From an uncultured Acidobacteriota bacterium (GTDB taxonomy: Bacteria; Acidobacteriota; Thermoanaerobaculia; UBA5066; Gp7-AA6), in assembly GCA_963733815.1 (NCBI GenBank), contig CAVTEG010000012.1, forward strand, positions 5,322 to 69,321: a DNA stretch of 64,000 bases, written 5' to 3'. Both the position numbers and the translations under genes were made by a program. This document shows, one piece after another, positions 41,041 to 51,624 of this stretch. The notes beneath the pieces were generated by a model. That model saw only the letters and a list, made by a program, of their open reading frames with translations, was not told the origin of the DNA and did no database searches. Within the stretch, counting starts at the first letter, position 1. The number at the start of each line of letters is the position of its first letter.

Positions 41041-41993
41041 ACCGTCTGGCCCTCCGTGATCTCGAGGAAGATCTCCTCGAGCGAGGGCACCGGCCGTTCC
41101 ACCGAGTAGACGTCCACGCCCGCGGCCAGCAGCCGCCGCAGCGCTTCGGGCACCCTTTCCGGAGGCACGCGCGCCGAGACGGTGTCCGCGGCGCCGTCGG
41201 GCGCGATCTCGGTGGGCCCGAAGTCCGCGAGAATCTCCGCCGCTCGCCGCGCCGGCCGCGCCCGGACGCGCACGACGTCCGCGGCGACGCGATCGAGCAG
41301 CTCCGACACGGGCGCCGCGGCCAGCGTGCGCCCGCGATGGATGATCGCCACACGGTCGCACATCTGCTCGATCTCGGAGAGCAGGTGACTCGAGACGAAG
41401 ATGGCGATGCCGCGCTCGCCGGCCAGGCGACGCACCAGCTGCCGGATCTCGCGGATGCCCGCCGGGTCCAGGCCGTTCGCCGGCTCGTCGAGGATCAGGA
41501 TGTCCGGGTTTCCGAGCAGCGCCTGGGCGATCCCGAGCCTCTGGCGCATTCCGAGCGAGTAGGCCGCGACCTTGTCGTCCAGCCGCTCGGCGAGGGCCAC
41601 GAGCGAGGCCAGTTCCTCGATCCGATCCGCCGCGCCCGGCGGCAGCATGCGGGAAAAGTGGAGGAGATTCTCGCGGCCCGTCAGGTACTTGTAGAGGTCG
41701 GGGGCTTCGACGATCGAGCCCACGTGCGCCATCGCGCGCTCGAAGTCGTGCGCGAGGTCCAGGCCTCGAATGCGCACGTGCCCCGCGTCGGGACGCGCCA
41801 GGCCCACCAGCATCCGGATCGTTGTCGTCTTGCCTGCCCCGTTGGGCCCGAGGAAACCGAAGACTTCCCCGGCGCGCACGTCGAAGGACACGCCGGATAC
41901 GGCCTCCCTCTTTCCGAAGCGCTTGGTCAATCCCTCGGCCGAGAGAACGACTTCGCGATCGAGATTGCGGCTGGGGCCGGCGCCGGACGGCAT
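41037..41993 (-). CDS. ABC transporter ATP-binding protein
   Basis: GPNGAGKTT, YSLGMRQR, ILDEP, SSH. Confidence 0.93.
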   Translation of the reverse strand: MPSGAGPSRNLDREVVLSAEGLTKRFGKREAVSGVSFDVRAGEVFGFLGPNGAGKTTTIRMLVGLARPDAGHVRIRGLDLAHDFERAMAHVGSIVEAPDLYKYLTGRENLLHFSRMLPPGAADRIEELASLVALAERLDDKVAAYSLGMRQRLGIAQALLGNPDILILDEPANGLDPAGIREIRQLVRRLAGERGIAIFVSSHLLSEIEQMCDRVAIIHRGRTLAAAPVSELLDRVAADVVRVRARPARRAAEILADFGPTEIAPDGAADTVSARVPPERVPEALRRLLAAGVDVYSVERPVPSLEEIFLEITEGQTV

Positions 41994-42020
41994 CGCGAAA
42001 AACGTATCATCCCCCTCCGC

Positions 42021-42830
42021 ATGGCCCGCACGCCGTCGCGCTTTTGGCTCTGGACGCTGCCGCTGACCGTCGGCGCCGCTGCGGCGGCGGTCCTCGCGGC
42101 GGGACTCTTCTTCGCCCTGCGAGGCTCGGTCGGCGAGCCGCTCTCCTCCGTGCCCGCTCCGGCGACGACACCGGCGCCCCGCCGCGCGCCCGACGGCACC
42201 GCCCGCATCCTGGTCCTCGGCGACTCTCTCGCCCGCGGAACCGGAGACGAGTCCGGAAAAGGGTTCGCCGTGGACGTGCTCGATGCCTTCCGCAAGCGCG
42301 GCAAGGCGGAGCTGACGAACCTCGGAGTCAACGGTCTCGAATCGGGAGAAATCCGTACCACGGCCGAGTCGTCGAACGTGCGCAGCCTCGCCGCGGGCGC
42401 CGATCTGATCCTCGTCTCGGCCGGCGGCAACGATCTCTCGCACGCCGCCGCCGGCGTTGCACGCTCCCCTTCCGCGATCGCGGATGCGGTGGCCGCGGCG
42501 CGCCGCGACTACGCCGGGAACCTGCGCGCGATTCTGTCGACGCTGCGGCAAGCCAATCCTTCGGCCCCGATCGGCGTGCTTGGCCTCTACGATCCCTTCG
42601 GCGGCGGGCCGCAGGCCGACAGCGGCCCCGGGCGGCTGGGAGCCTCGGTCATCCTTCAATGGAACGCGATCGCCGCCGAGACCGCGCTGTCGTACCCGGG
42701 CGTCTTCGTCATCCCGACCTTCGATCTGTTTCAGGGCCGGGCGGATCGCCTGAGCGCGGATCGCTACCACCCGAACCGGAAAGGATACGAGGAGATCGCG
42801 AAGCGAATTCTCCAGGCGCTGCCGGGATAG
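42021..42830 (+). CDS. SGNH/GDSL hydrolase, membrane-anchored
   Basis: GDSL, GGND, DRYHP. Confidence 0.9.
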   Translation: MARTPSRFWLWTLPLTVGAAAAAVLAAGLFFALRGSVGEPLSSVPAPATTPAPRRAPDGTARILVLGDSLARGTGDESGKGFAVDVLDAFRKRGKAELTNLGVNGLESGEIRTTAESSNVRSLAAGADLILVSAGGNDLSHAAAGVARSPSAIADAVAAARRDYAGNLRAILSTLRQANPSAPIGVLGLYDPFGGGPQADSGPGRLGASVILQWNAIAAETALSYPGVFVIPTFDLFQGRADRLSADRYHPNRKGYEEIAKRILQALPG

Positions 42831-42834
42831 AACG

Positions 42835-42863
42835 GGTCCAGGTCCCGGGTCCCAGGTCCCAGG
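42835..42863. repeat. Heptamer tandem (AGGTCCC) half-array
   Basis: GGTCCAGGTCCCGGGTCCCAGGTCCCAGG between convergent genes. Confidence 0.6.
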
Positions 42864-42868
42864 CGGAG

Positions 42869-43153
42869 CTACCAGAAGCGGCGGAGGCGCCGAACTCCCC
42901 TTCCGATTCCGAGGAGCAGGCTCGCCGCCGAGGCGATCTTGCCCGCGCGCGCCGCCAGCGAGTTTCTGCCGAAGAGCTTCCATGCCGCCGTCGCCGCGGC
43001 GGCGAGACCGGCGGCCGTGCGGCCCGCGAATCCCCAGCGGTCGCGGAACGCGACCGTCTGCGTGCGAATCTCCGACAGAGCCGTCGCGAGATCCTCGCGT
43101 TCCCACGCCGCGCGACGCGACAGCGCCGACAACCGTTCCTCGCTCGATTTCAT
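42869..43153 (-). CDS. YqjK-like small membrane protein
   Basis: ATGA overlap with the YqjE-like gene; MKSSEERL..AAWEREDLA. Confidence 0.5.
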   Translation of the reverse strand: MKSSEERLSALSRRAAWEREDLATALSEIRTQTVAFRDRWGFAGRTAAGLAAAATAAWKLFGRNSLAARAGKIASAASLLLGIGRGVRRLRRFW

Positions 43154-43656
43154 TCGGCCCCCGCGCGCAGTCGCTGTTCCAGGTCCTCGACCGATCCCGA
43201 GTCGGGCTCGGGCGGCACGAAATCGCCATCGTCCGGGGCCTCGTCTCCGAGCGCCGAGCGGATCGCGGCGACGTCCTTCGCAATCTCGGTGGAGGTCGCC
43301 GGGAACTCGTCCGCTTTGACCTGCGACAACGCCTTCCAGGCCATCCAACCGAGAACGCCCGCCGCGGCGCCATACACGACCAGAGCCGCGAGGATTCCGA
43401 GGATCAGGCTGTGAACGAGGGCCGCGAAGAGAGCGACCAGCAACGCTCCGAGCATCAGAATCATCGCGCCTGCGAACGCGGCCGCGGCCACCGCCGCGCC
43501 CAGGCCCTTGCCCGCGAGCGCTGCCTTGACCGAGAGCTCTTCCTTGAAGATCGCCAGACGCGTTCGCGCCAGAGAGGCGGTCGCGTTCGCAGCGGCCGAC
43601 ACCCTGTTCCCGAAGCTCCGCGCTTCTTCGCCGGTCTCGTCGTCGATCGTGCTCAT
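43150..43656 (-). CDS. Phage-holin-superfamily (YqjE-like) membrane protein
   Basis: RTRLAIFKEEL, two TMs, FPATSTEIAKD. Confidence 0.75.
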   Translation of the reverse strand: MSTIDDETGEEARSFGNRVSAAANATASLARTRLAIFKEELSVKAALAGKGLGAAVAAAAFAGAMILMLGALLVALFAALVHSLILGILAALVVYGAAAGVLGWMAWKALSQVKADEFPATSTEIAKDVAAIRSALGDEAPDDGDFVPPEPDSGSVEDLEQRLRAGAE

Positions 43657-43680
43657 GCGTGCGGCTCGCCGAAGCTCGGC

Positions 43681-44463
43681 CTATCCCGGAGGGATGACGT
43701 ACTCTCCGCGCCGGGATGCCCGCCCCGGCTCCAGCGGTGCAATCCGGATGCCCTCGGCCCGGAAGCGCTCGTGAATCCGGCGCGCAATCGCCTCGGCGCC
43801 GGGCGTATCACCGTGCAGGCAAAGGGTATCGGCCCGCACGCTGACACGCGTGCCGGAGGCGGAGACGGCCACGCGGTCGCGTGCCAGCAGCACGGCCTGC
43901 TCGGCGGCCTCGTCGGGATTCGTGATCACAGCTCCAGGCTGTCCCCGGGGGACGGTCGCGCCGTCGGCCTGGTAACGCCGGTCGGCGAACGCCTCCTCCG
44001 CCACCTCGAGACCCGCGTCCCGTCCGGCCTCGATGAGCATCGATCCCGCGGCCCCGACGAGGACGAGGCCGGTCCGAAAGCGCCGCACGCCCTCCGCGAT
44101 CGCGCGCGCGACGTCCGGAAACTGAGCGCCCGCGTGGTAGAGGGCGCCGTGCGGCTTGACGTGGGTGAGCGTGCCGCCGCGCGATCGGACGAATCCGTCC
44201 AGCGCCGAGATCTGGTAGAGCACCAGGTTCTCGACGGCATCGCCCGACATCTCCATCGGCTCGCGGCCGAAGTGCTCCCGGTCGGGATAACCCGGATGCG
44301 CCCCGACGCGCACTCCGCGGGAGAGGGCCAGCGTGACCGTTCCGTCCATGACGGACGGGTCGCCCGCATGCAGTCCGCACGCCACGTTGGCCGAAGTGAC
44401 GAACGGCAGAAGCGCCGCATCGTCCATTCCCTCACCGACGTCCGCGTTCAGGTCGATGCTCAA
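43681..44463 (-). CDS. pxpA: 5-oxoprolinase subunit A (LamB/YcsF)
   Basis: DLNADVGEG, ANVACGLHAGD, HVKPHGALY, TLCLHGD. Confidence 0.93.
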   Translation of the reverse strand: MSIDLNADVGEGMDDAALLPFVTSANVACGLHAGDPSVMDGTVTLALSRGVRVGAHPGYPDREHFGREPMEMSGDAVENLVLYQISALDGFVRSRGGTLTHVKPHGALYHAGAQFPDVARAIAEGVRRFRTGLVLVGAAGSMLIEAGRDAGLEVAEEAFADRRYQADGATVPRGQPGAVITNPDEAAEQAVLLARDRVAVSASGTRVSVRADTLCLHGDTPGAEAIARRIHERFRAEGIRIAPLEPGRASRRGEYVIPPG

Positions 44464-46010
44464 GGGAAACTCATCCTACTCCTGGCAAGGTGCGCTTCGT
44501 GCAAAGAGACGGCTGTAAAGCGCAGCGCGTCTCCGGGTCGGGCCTGGCCGAGCAGGCGCAGGTCCGCCCCGATGACGGCGGCGATCCGAGGGTAGCCCCC
44601 GGTCACGGGCCCGTCCGGCCCCAGCAGAATCGGCAGCCCGTTGCCGGGCAGCTCGATCGTGCCCGGCGGCATCGCGGACGGAGAGATCTCGGCCTCCCCC
44701 GACATTTCGAGCGGACGCCCTTCCAGTCGCAGACCGCGCCGGTCGCTCTCGGAAGCCACGCGCCACGCGGTCCCGAGAAACCGTTCGATCTCGGCCGGAG
44801 GCAACCTTTCGGCTTCGGGACCGAGCACCACGCGCAGCCGGATCTCCGGCGGAATCGCGAATGCCGGTGGGGCGGCCGATTCCGTCGCCGCCGGCGAAGC
44901 GCCGGCGGCAATCACCGCTTCTCGTGCGATTCTCCGCGTTGCTTCGCCGGGAAGGCTCTGGCCGATGCCGCCGCGCACGGCCAGGTACGCGCGTGCGCCG
45001 CCCGTTGTCGGTCCGCACCGCACGCGCTCGCCGGTTCTCGCGCGAAAGGCTCCTCCGAATGGAGCGGGCCGGCCCTCGAGAGAGATGTCGAGCGGAGCAC
45101 CCGCCACGGCGAGGACGGCGTCCGCGAACAGCTCGAGCTCCGGTCCGGCGAGCGTCAGCTCGAGCGCCGGGGCGCCGGGTCCGTTGCCCACGAGCGCATT
45201 CGCCGCCGCGAGCGAGACCGAATCCATCGCTCCTCCGGCCGGAACGCCGCAGGAACCGAGGCCGAAGCGCGGCGCTCCCTGCACCGACGTGAAGAGGCCC
45301 GGCGAGATCACGCGAAAGAGAGGTCGTCCCGTCGGCCCGGGAGCCGGCTCCGCGGAAAACGGCGGAAGCTCGTCCGCACGCACGACTTCGAACGCCACAC
45401 CATCCCCGGCGCGCAAAAGGGCGGGAGGATCCGACCGCGGATCGAAGAGGCGCACGGACGCGCGACCGATGAGTCGCCATCCTCCGGGCGAAGCGGACGG
45501 GTAGATCCCGGTCCAGGATCCTCCGATCGCCACACTTCCCTCCGGCACGCGCGCGCGGGGAGAGGAGAGCCGCGCCGTGGCGAGCTCCGGCGGAAGCCCC
45601 GAGAGGTACGCGAAGCCGGGAGAGAAGCCCACGAACGCGACTCGGTAGGACGCGCGCGCATGGCGCAACGCGATTTCCTCGGCGTCGAGCCCGCTTGCCC
45701 GTCCGACGGCGGCCAGGTCCTCCCCGTCGTAGACGACCGGGATGCGGTGAAGACGGACTTCGTCCGCCGGCTCCTCGCGCGCCGCCGCCCTGCCGATCTC
45801 GCCGGCGCGGTCCTCCGGCGCGAACTCTTCCGGCTCGAACAGCAGCAGGAGCGATCGCGCGCCGGGAATCGCGTCGAGCAGACCCGCCGGACGTGCGCTC
45901 CGCAGGGCCCGGGCCAGACGGACAGCGGCGCGGTTTGCCTCGTCGTCGGCAAGTCCGGGATGCTCGACGAGAAGCGCTCCGTCGCGCAGGTTCGTCAGAC
46001 GCGCTTCCAT
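44460..46010 (-). CDS. 5-oxoprolinase subunits B and C, fused
   Basis: IPVVY, GFSPGFAYL, SPGGW (PxpB), then GGAMD, GARAYLAV, SDRRGLRL, TGGYPRI (PxpC). Confidence 0.88.
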   Translation of the reverse strand: MEARLTNLRDGALLVEHPGLADDEANRAAVRLARALRSARPAGLLDAIPGARSLLLLFEPEEFAPEDRAGEIGRAAAREEPADEVRLHRIPVVYDGEDLAAVGRASGLDAEEIALRHARASYRVAFVGFSPGFAYLSGLPPELATARLSSPRARVPEGSVAIGGSWTGIYPSASPGGWRLIGRASVRLFDPRSDPPALLRAGDGVAFEVVRADELPPFSAEPAPGPTGRPLFRVISPGLFTSVQGAPRFGLGSCGVPAGGAMDSVSLAAANALVGNGPGAPALELTLAGPELELFADAVLAVAGAPLDISLEGRPAPFGGAFRARTGERVRCGPTTGGARAYLAVRGGIGQSLPGEATRRIAREAVIAAGASPAATESAAPPAFAIPPEIRLRVVLGPEAERLPPAEIERFLGTAWRVASESDRRGLRLEGRPLEMSGEAEISPSAMPPGTIELPGNGLPILLGPDGPVTGGYPRIAAVIGADLRLLGQARPGDALRFTAVSLHEAHLARSRMSFP

Positions 46011-47342
46011 AGGTAGTAGATCGGAATACCCGAGGCCAGCAGCGCGTAACCCGGCCAGGTCGTCGACGGGTTGCCCGCCAGGAGCGCGGCGATGAGCAGG
46101 AGGCCGGCGGCCGCGTACAGGAGCGCAAGCCAGGGATACGCCGGCGTGCGGAACGGACGCGGCCACTCCGGGTGCCGGCGGCGAAGCACGATGACCGCGA
46201 GGACCAGCAGGACGTAGAGGAGCAGGTCCGCCGAGATCACGTACTTCAGAAGCTGCGAGTACGTTCCCGTCAGAACCAGAAGCGACGCCCAGACCGCTTG
46301 CAGCCAGAGAGCGGCGGCCGGCACCGAGGCGCGATTGAGACGCGCCAGTCGCCGGAAGAAGAGACCGTCGCGCGCCATGGCGAAGGACACGCGCGCGCCC
46401 GAGAGGATCAGGCCGTTCGCGCAGCCAAACGTCGAAACCATGACCGCCGCCGCCATGACTCCCGCCGCGCCGCCTCCGAAGAGAGCTTCGGCGCCCGCCG
46501 TTCCGACGCGATCCTCGGGAGCGTGCTGAATGCCGGAGAGCCCGAGCGTGCGCACGTACCCCGCGTTGGTGAGAACGTAAAGAGCCCGTCACGATCACGC
46601 AACCCACGAGCAGAGCGAACGGCAGCGTCCGAGCGGGCTCCTTCACTTCCTCCGACGCGAACGTGACGTTGTTCCAGGCCGACTGCGAGAAGAGAGGCCC
46701 GACCATTGCCGTCGCGAGAACCACACCGAAGGACGTGGAGATGGGCCGAGACACCGCCGCGCCGGTCTCGGGCAGCGCCCGGCCGAAAAGAACGCCGCCG
46801 AGCGCCAGCGCCGCGAGGACGGCCAACTTCGCCGCCGTCGACCCGTTCTGCGTGACGGTGCCCGCCCGAAGGCCGGTCCCGTTGGCGAGCGTCAGTATGG
46901 CGATCACCGCGATCGCAGTCAGGCGCACGGGTGTGAGCGCGAGCGGACCGAGGCGGAACCAGGGGGCGTCCGTGACACCCGGCGCGAGCACACCCAGGAA
47001 CTTCGCGAAGGCCACGACGACTGCGGCAATCGTGCCCGTCTGGATGACGAGCACCATCGCCCAGCCGAACAGAAACCCGGCCAGCGGGCCGTAGGCTTCC
47101 CGAAGAAACACATACTGGCCGCCGGCTTTCGGAAGCATCGCTGCCAACTCGGCGCAGGACAGCGCGGCCGACAGCGTGAGGACGCCGGCGATGGCCCAGG
47201 CCGCCAGAAGCCAGCCCGAAGAGCCCAGCAGCCGCGCGCTCTCCGCCGAGACGATGAAGATCCCCGAACCGATCATGGACCCGACCACGAGCGCCGTCGC
47301 GTCGAGCCGGCCGATGCCGCGGCGGAGGAGCCGCTCGGTCAA
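45995..47342 (-). CDS. APC family amino acid permease (frameshift near 46585)
   Basis: GSMIGSGIF, AGGQYVFL, WNNVTF, AMARDGLFF, RPFRTP. Confidence 0.88.
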
Positions 47343-47830
47343 TGCAGGCGGGGCTTGTGCTTGGCGATCTTGACCTCGGCCCAGCGGACGCCGCGCAGCA
47401 CCAAAAGGGCCAGCAGAGTCGCACCGACGGCCAGGATGGTCCGGCCGCTCGCCGCCGCCATGCCGATCGCCGACGTCAGCAGGAGCGACGCGGCGGTCGT
47501 CAGGCCTTCCACGCGATCTGTTTCGGGGTGTCGCAGGATCGTCCCACCTCCGATGAAACCGACGGCCGTGGCGACCGCCTGCACGATGACGACCGGGTCC
47601 GCTCGCAGGGACGGGTTGGGAGCGGCGATCGCCTGGTGGACCATCGCGAGGCCGACTTCGGTCAGGAGCGCCGCCGCTCCGCACAGCAGCATGTGGGTCC
47701 GCAGCCCCGCCGGCCTTCCCGCGAACTCGCGCTCGAGTCCGATCAGGGATCCCAGGACCATCGCGAGGGCAACGCCGCCGAGAAAGTGCCAGTCCGCGCT
47801 CCAGTTCCCGACCAGGGTGTTCCAGTTCAT
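47339..47830 (-). CDS. MgtC/SapB family protein
   Basis: IGLERE, AGLRTH, GFIGGG, GLTTAA. Confidence 0.9.
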   Translation of the reverse strand: MNWNTLVGNWSADWHFLGGVALAMVLGSLIGLEREFAGRPAGLRTHMLLCGAAALLTEVGLAMVHQAIAAPNPSLRADPVVIVQAVATAVGFIGGGTILRHPETDRVEGLTTAASLLLTSAIGMAAASGRTILAVGATLLALLVLRGVRWAEVKIAKHKPRLH

Positions 47831-48471
47831 CTCCACCCTCCGCGTCCGAACCGGCGCTGGCGGCGCCGTCGTCCCGCCACGAGACGCGCGACCGCGAAGG
47901 CCCCGATCGCCGCGGCGGCGGCGCCCGCAAGGAGCGGCAAAGGCGACGACGTCGTCGGCATCGGCGGCGGCGGGATCCGAGCCTTCTCGGACGGCGTGGC
48001 GGCCCGGCGGCGCGCGAGCTCGAGCTCAAGGCTCTCTTCGCCGCGCGCCATCGCCCAGCGATGGTTTGCTTCGAACAGCGGCCGCAAGACCGGCGAAAGC
48101 ACCGCCAGGAGCGGCTTTTCGGCGCGGACGCGCCAGTCGTATCGGACGAGCGTCCACGCGCCCGAGGGCTCGAACGTCCAGATCCCCTCGCCCGCGAGGT
48201 CTCCCTTCGCCGCGATCGAGAAGCCGTTGGGATGGCGGGACTCGGTGACCTCCAGCTCCCACCGAAGCGTGTACGGCAGCCAACCCTTCGTATGCAACCG
48301 TACACGTTTGCCCACGCCCTTCTCGTCTCCTTCTTCGAGGACTTCGGCCCCGAGGTAGGTCGACGGCCACCAGCGGGGCAGCTCCCGCGTGTCCGTCAGG
48401 ACGTCGGAGACCTCGTCGGGCGTGCCGAGGACCTCCCAGTGGGAAACGAAGCGGTACTCGGGAGCACTCAC
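47827..48471 (-). CDS. SRPBCC (START-like) family protein with C-terminal TM
   Basis: YRFVSHW, PRWWP, GDLAGEG, NHRWAM. Confidence 0.8.
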   Translation of the reverse strand: MSAPEYRFVSHWEVLGTPDEVSDVLTDTRELPRWWPSTYLGAEVLEEGDEKGVGKRVRLHTKGWLPYTLRWELEVTESRHPNGFSIAAKGDLAGEGIWTFEPSGAWTLVRYDWRVRAEKPLLAVLSPVLRPLFEANHRWAMARGEESLELELARRRAATPSEKARIPPPPMPTTSSPLPLLAGAAAAAIGAFAVARLVAGRRRRQRRFGRGGWR

Positions 48472-49064
48472 GAGCGACGCGCCTTGCGGGCGGCGCGCCT
48501 GGCCGGCGCCGACGCCGCCAGGAGCTCGCCCTTCAGCAGTCCCATCCGGATCATGTCCACGGGCTTGCCGCCACGAAACGCTTCCTCGCGCAGGATGCCC
48601 TCGCGGCGGAACCCGACGCGGACGTAGGTCTTCTCGGCGCCTGGATTGAGAACGGACACATCGAGTCGGATCTTGCGGAGGTCGAGCTCGTCGAAGGCGT
48701 AGCGGCACAGCGCGCGCACGGCGTCCTCACCCAGTCCCTTGCCACGGCAGTCGGCCTCGCCGATGAAGATGCCCAGGGTCGCCGTGCGGTTGTCGCGGTC
48801 GATCGCCTCCAGGCCGCAGTTGCCGATGTGCCGGTCATCTTTGGCCAGACAGATCGCCAGCGGCAGCTTCGAGGGGTCCTGCCCCCGGGCCGCGCGCTCG
48901 ATCCAATCCGACTCCTGGGCCAGGGAAACCGGATAGCGCTGCGCCAGCGTCGCGGTGAGGCTCTCGTCATTGATCCAGCGATGACAGCGGGCGAGGTCTT
49001 CCCGCTCGACTGCTCTGAGGTAGACCCGATGGCCACGGATCACGTGCAACCCCTTCCACTGCAA
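48468..49064 (-). CDS. GNAT family N-acetyltransferase (RimJ/RimL/SpeG-like)
   Basis: RGKGLG, YAFDEL, GFRREG. Confidence 0.88.
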   Translation of the reverse strand: MQWKGLHVIRGHRVYLRAVEREDLARCHRWINDESLTATLAQRYPVSLAQESDWIERAARGQDPSKLPLAICLAKDDRHIGNCGLEAIDRDNRTATLGIFIGEADCRGKGLGEDAVRALCRYAFDELDLRKIRLDVSVLNPGAEKTYVRVGFRREGILREEAFRGGKPVDMIRMGLLKGELLAASAPARRAARKARRS

Positions 49065-49103
49065 CGATATCGGATCCGCGGGACCTTTTCATCCCGCGGG
49101 GGC

Positions 49104-49128
49104 GGAACTTCCCCGGACGTGCAGCGTA
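49104..49128 (+). promoter_or_regulatory. Putative ECF sigma promoter GGAAC-N16-CGTA
   Basis: About 70 nt upstream of the MacA-like ATG; same spacing as the 14435 site. Confidence 0.55.
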
Positions 49129-49200
49129 ACTCCCTTATCGGAAGGTAGCGAGGTCGCCGTGAGCGGTCGTTTCCGCCGGTTCTGGTCTTCGGAGGATCGC

Positions 49201-50315
49201 ATGTCAAAGCTCTTCAAAACCCTGTTGCTCCTCGCCGTCCTGTTGGCCGCCGCGGTCGCCGTCTATGCCCTGGCCCGAAGCGGCAAATCCGACGGCGACC
49301 AGAAGATGGTCACTGTCGAGAAGGGCTCGGTCACCGAGAAGGCCCTGGCGGTCGGCCAGATACAGCCGCGCCAGAAGTTTTCGATCAAGTCCAAGATCTC
49401 GGGCCTCGTCAAGCGGTGCATGGTCAACGTCGGCGACAGGGTCAAGGTCGGCGATCCGCTCTTCGAGATCGCGCCGGACCCCACGCCCCAGGAGCTGACC
49501 GACGTGGACCGCCAGCTCGATTCGACGCGCGCCTCCTACGAGAGGGCGAAGGCCGACTTCGACCGCTCGCAGGAGCTCTCCAAGAACGGCGTCGTGGCCA
49601 AGTCCGACGTCGACCTCAAGCGCGAAGCCTTCGAGCTCGCCAAGGTCGCCCTGGCCAAGGCCGAGCAAAACCGCGACCTGACCCGTGACGGCCGCATCCA
49701 GACCGAGGGGGTCCGGATGGAGTCGATCATCCGCGCGCCTGCCGCCGGGACGGTGCTCACGCGCGCCGTCAATCCCGGCGAGCCGGTCGTGCCGCTAACG
49801 TCTTACCAGCCGGGCACCGAGCTCGCCGCGATCGCCGACATGAACGACTTGATCTTCAAGGGAACGGTCGACGAGATCGACGTCGGCAAGCTTCACGTGA
49901 ACCTGCCGGCGCGCATCAAGGTCGGCGCGCTTCCGACCGACGTCGTCACGGGAAAGGTCTCGCGCATCGCACCGCAGGCGCAGCAGAAGGAAGGCGCCAC
50001 GCTCTTCGACATCGAGATCGAGCTCGATCCCGGCACGAAGGTGACGCTGCGGGCGGGTTACTCGGCCAACGCGGACCTGATCATCCGGGAGAAGAAGGAC
50101 GTGCTGACGATCCCGGAACGCGTCGTGATCTTCGAGGACGGCGGCAAGAAGACGTTCGTCGAGCTGCCCGCCGCCAGGCCCAAGGAGCCGCCGAAGAAGA
50201 CGCGGTGAAGCTCGGGATCTCCGACGGGCTCAACGTCGAGGTCGCCGAGGGCCTCTCACTCGGGGCGAAGGTCCTGGAGCGGCCGCCCAAGAAGCTGACG
50301 TCCGCGGTCGACTAG
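49201..50315 (+). CDS. Efflux periplasmic adaptor subunit (MacA/YknX-like), frameshift near 50200
   Basis: N-terminal TM, IRAPAAG, VDEIDVG. The tail VKLGISDG continues in another frame. Confidence 0.88.
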
Positions 50316-50330
50316 CAGCGCGCGCCGCCC

Positions 50331-51566
50331 ATGCTTTCCCTGCGCGACGCCCTTCGCCAGATGTGGCGAGACCTGCGGAGCCAGAAGCTCCGCACGTTCC
50401 TGACGATGTTCGGCATCGTGTGGGGCACCGTGTCCGTGAGTCTGCTGGGGGCCTTCGGCAAGGGCCTGCAGCGCCAGATGATCGTCAACAGCTCCGGGAT
50501 CGGGGACGCGATCTGCATCGCCTGGCCGGGCTTGACGTCGACGCCGTTCGAAGGGCTCGGGAAGGGACGCAAGATCCGCTTGAACGAGGAAGACGTCGAG
50601 TCGATCCGCCGCGAGGCGCGCGGCCTGAACATGATCTCCAGCGAGTACTCCAAGACGCTCAAGCTCAACTACGCCGCGAAAACGATCGCCATCGACATCT
50701 CCGGCGTCTCGCCCGAGTTCGGGCCGATGCGCAACCTGATTCCGCAGAAGGGCGGCCGCTTCATCAACCCGAGCGACATGGCCGAGCAACGCCGCGTCCT
50801 CTTCCTCGGCAACAAGATGGCCGACGACATCTTCGGCAAGGGCAACGACCCGGTCGGCAAGACCGTGATGCTTGGAGGCTCGCCGTTTCTGCTGGTCGGA
50901 GTCCTCGAGAGCAAGGTCCAGAACTCGAGCTACAGCGGGCGCGACAATCAGAAGGCCTTCATTCCCGGATCGACCTTCCGGGCGATCACGGGCGAGAAGT
51001 GGGTGGACAACCTGATCTACCAGTCGAAGGCCGTCGACCAGACCGAACAGGTCACCGACGACGTGCGCCGCGTCATCGCGCAGCGGCAGCGCTTCGACCC
51101 GGCCGACAAGGAGGCCTTCTCCGTCTGGGACACGACGGAGAACCTGAAGTTTTTCGCGACGTTCTTCCTGTCGTTCCGCCTTTTTCTCGGCATCATCGGC
51201 TCCTTCACGTTGATCGTCGGCGGCATCGGCGTCTCCAACATCATGAACGTCGTCGTCGAGGAGCGGACCAAGGAGATCGGCATCAAGATGGCGCTGGGCG
51301 CCCGCGACCGCTGGCTGCTGCGGCAGCTCCTGCTGGAGACGCTGCTGATCACGGGAATGGGCGGTGCCCTCGGCTTCGCGATCTCCTTCACCGTCTGCGC
51401 CGTCTTCCCGAAGTTCGGCGTCACCGAATTCGTCGGCGATCCGGACCTGTCGCTCTCCGTGGCCGCGATGACGGCCGCGATCCTGGGTTTGACGGGACTC
51501 CTCGCGGGCTACTTCCCGGCGCGGGACGCCTCGCGGCTGGATCCCGTGGTCGCGATGAAGCTATGA
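50331..51566 (+). CDS. MacB/FtsX-like ABC permease
   Basis: LRTFLTMFGI, GGIGVSNIM, ERTKEIG, PARDAS. Confidence 0.92.
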   Translation: MLSLRDALRQMWRDLRSQKLRTFLTMFGIVWGTVSVSLLGAFGKGLQRQMIVNSSGIGDAICIAWPGLTSTPFEGLGKGRKIRLNEEDVESIRREARGLNMISSEYSKTLKLNYAAKTIAIDISGVSPEFGPMRNLIPQKGGRFINPSDMAEQRRVLFLGNKMADDIFGKGNDPVGKTVMLGGSPFLLVGVLESKVQNSSYSGRDNQKAFIPGSTFRAITGEKWVDNLIYQSKAVDQTEQVTDDVRRVIAQRQRFDPADKEAFSVWDTTENLKFFATFFLSFRLFLGIIGSFTLIVGGIGVSNIMNVVVEERTKEIGIKMALGARDRWLLRQLLLETLLITGMGGALGFAISFTVCAVFPKFGVTEFVGDPDLSLSVAAMTAAILGLTGLLAGYFPARDASRLDPVVAMKL

Positions 51567-51624
51567 CGACGCGTATTCGCCGACGCAGCATGTGTGGACG
51601 TCGCGATGAAGCCCTGTGCCGGCG

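Noticed and set aside
43150-43656. Holin as a prophage sign
   Set aside because: YqjE-like chromosomal family with no phage genes nearby.
44460-48305. 1281-aa permease-PxpBC fusion ORF
   Set aside because: Created by a single indel near 46585. The permease C-terminus exists in another frame with its own stop.
50195-50215. Programmed frameshift in the MacA-like gene (also SpoIIM and PAS genes)
   Set aside because: No slippery heptamer or stimulatory structure seen; consistent with the background indel rate.
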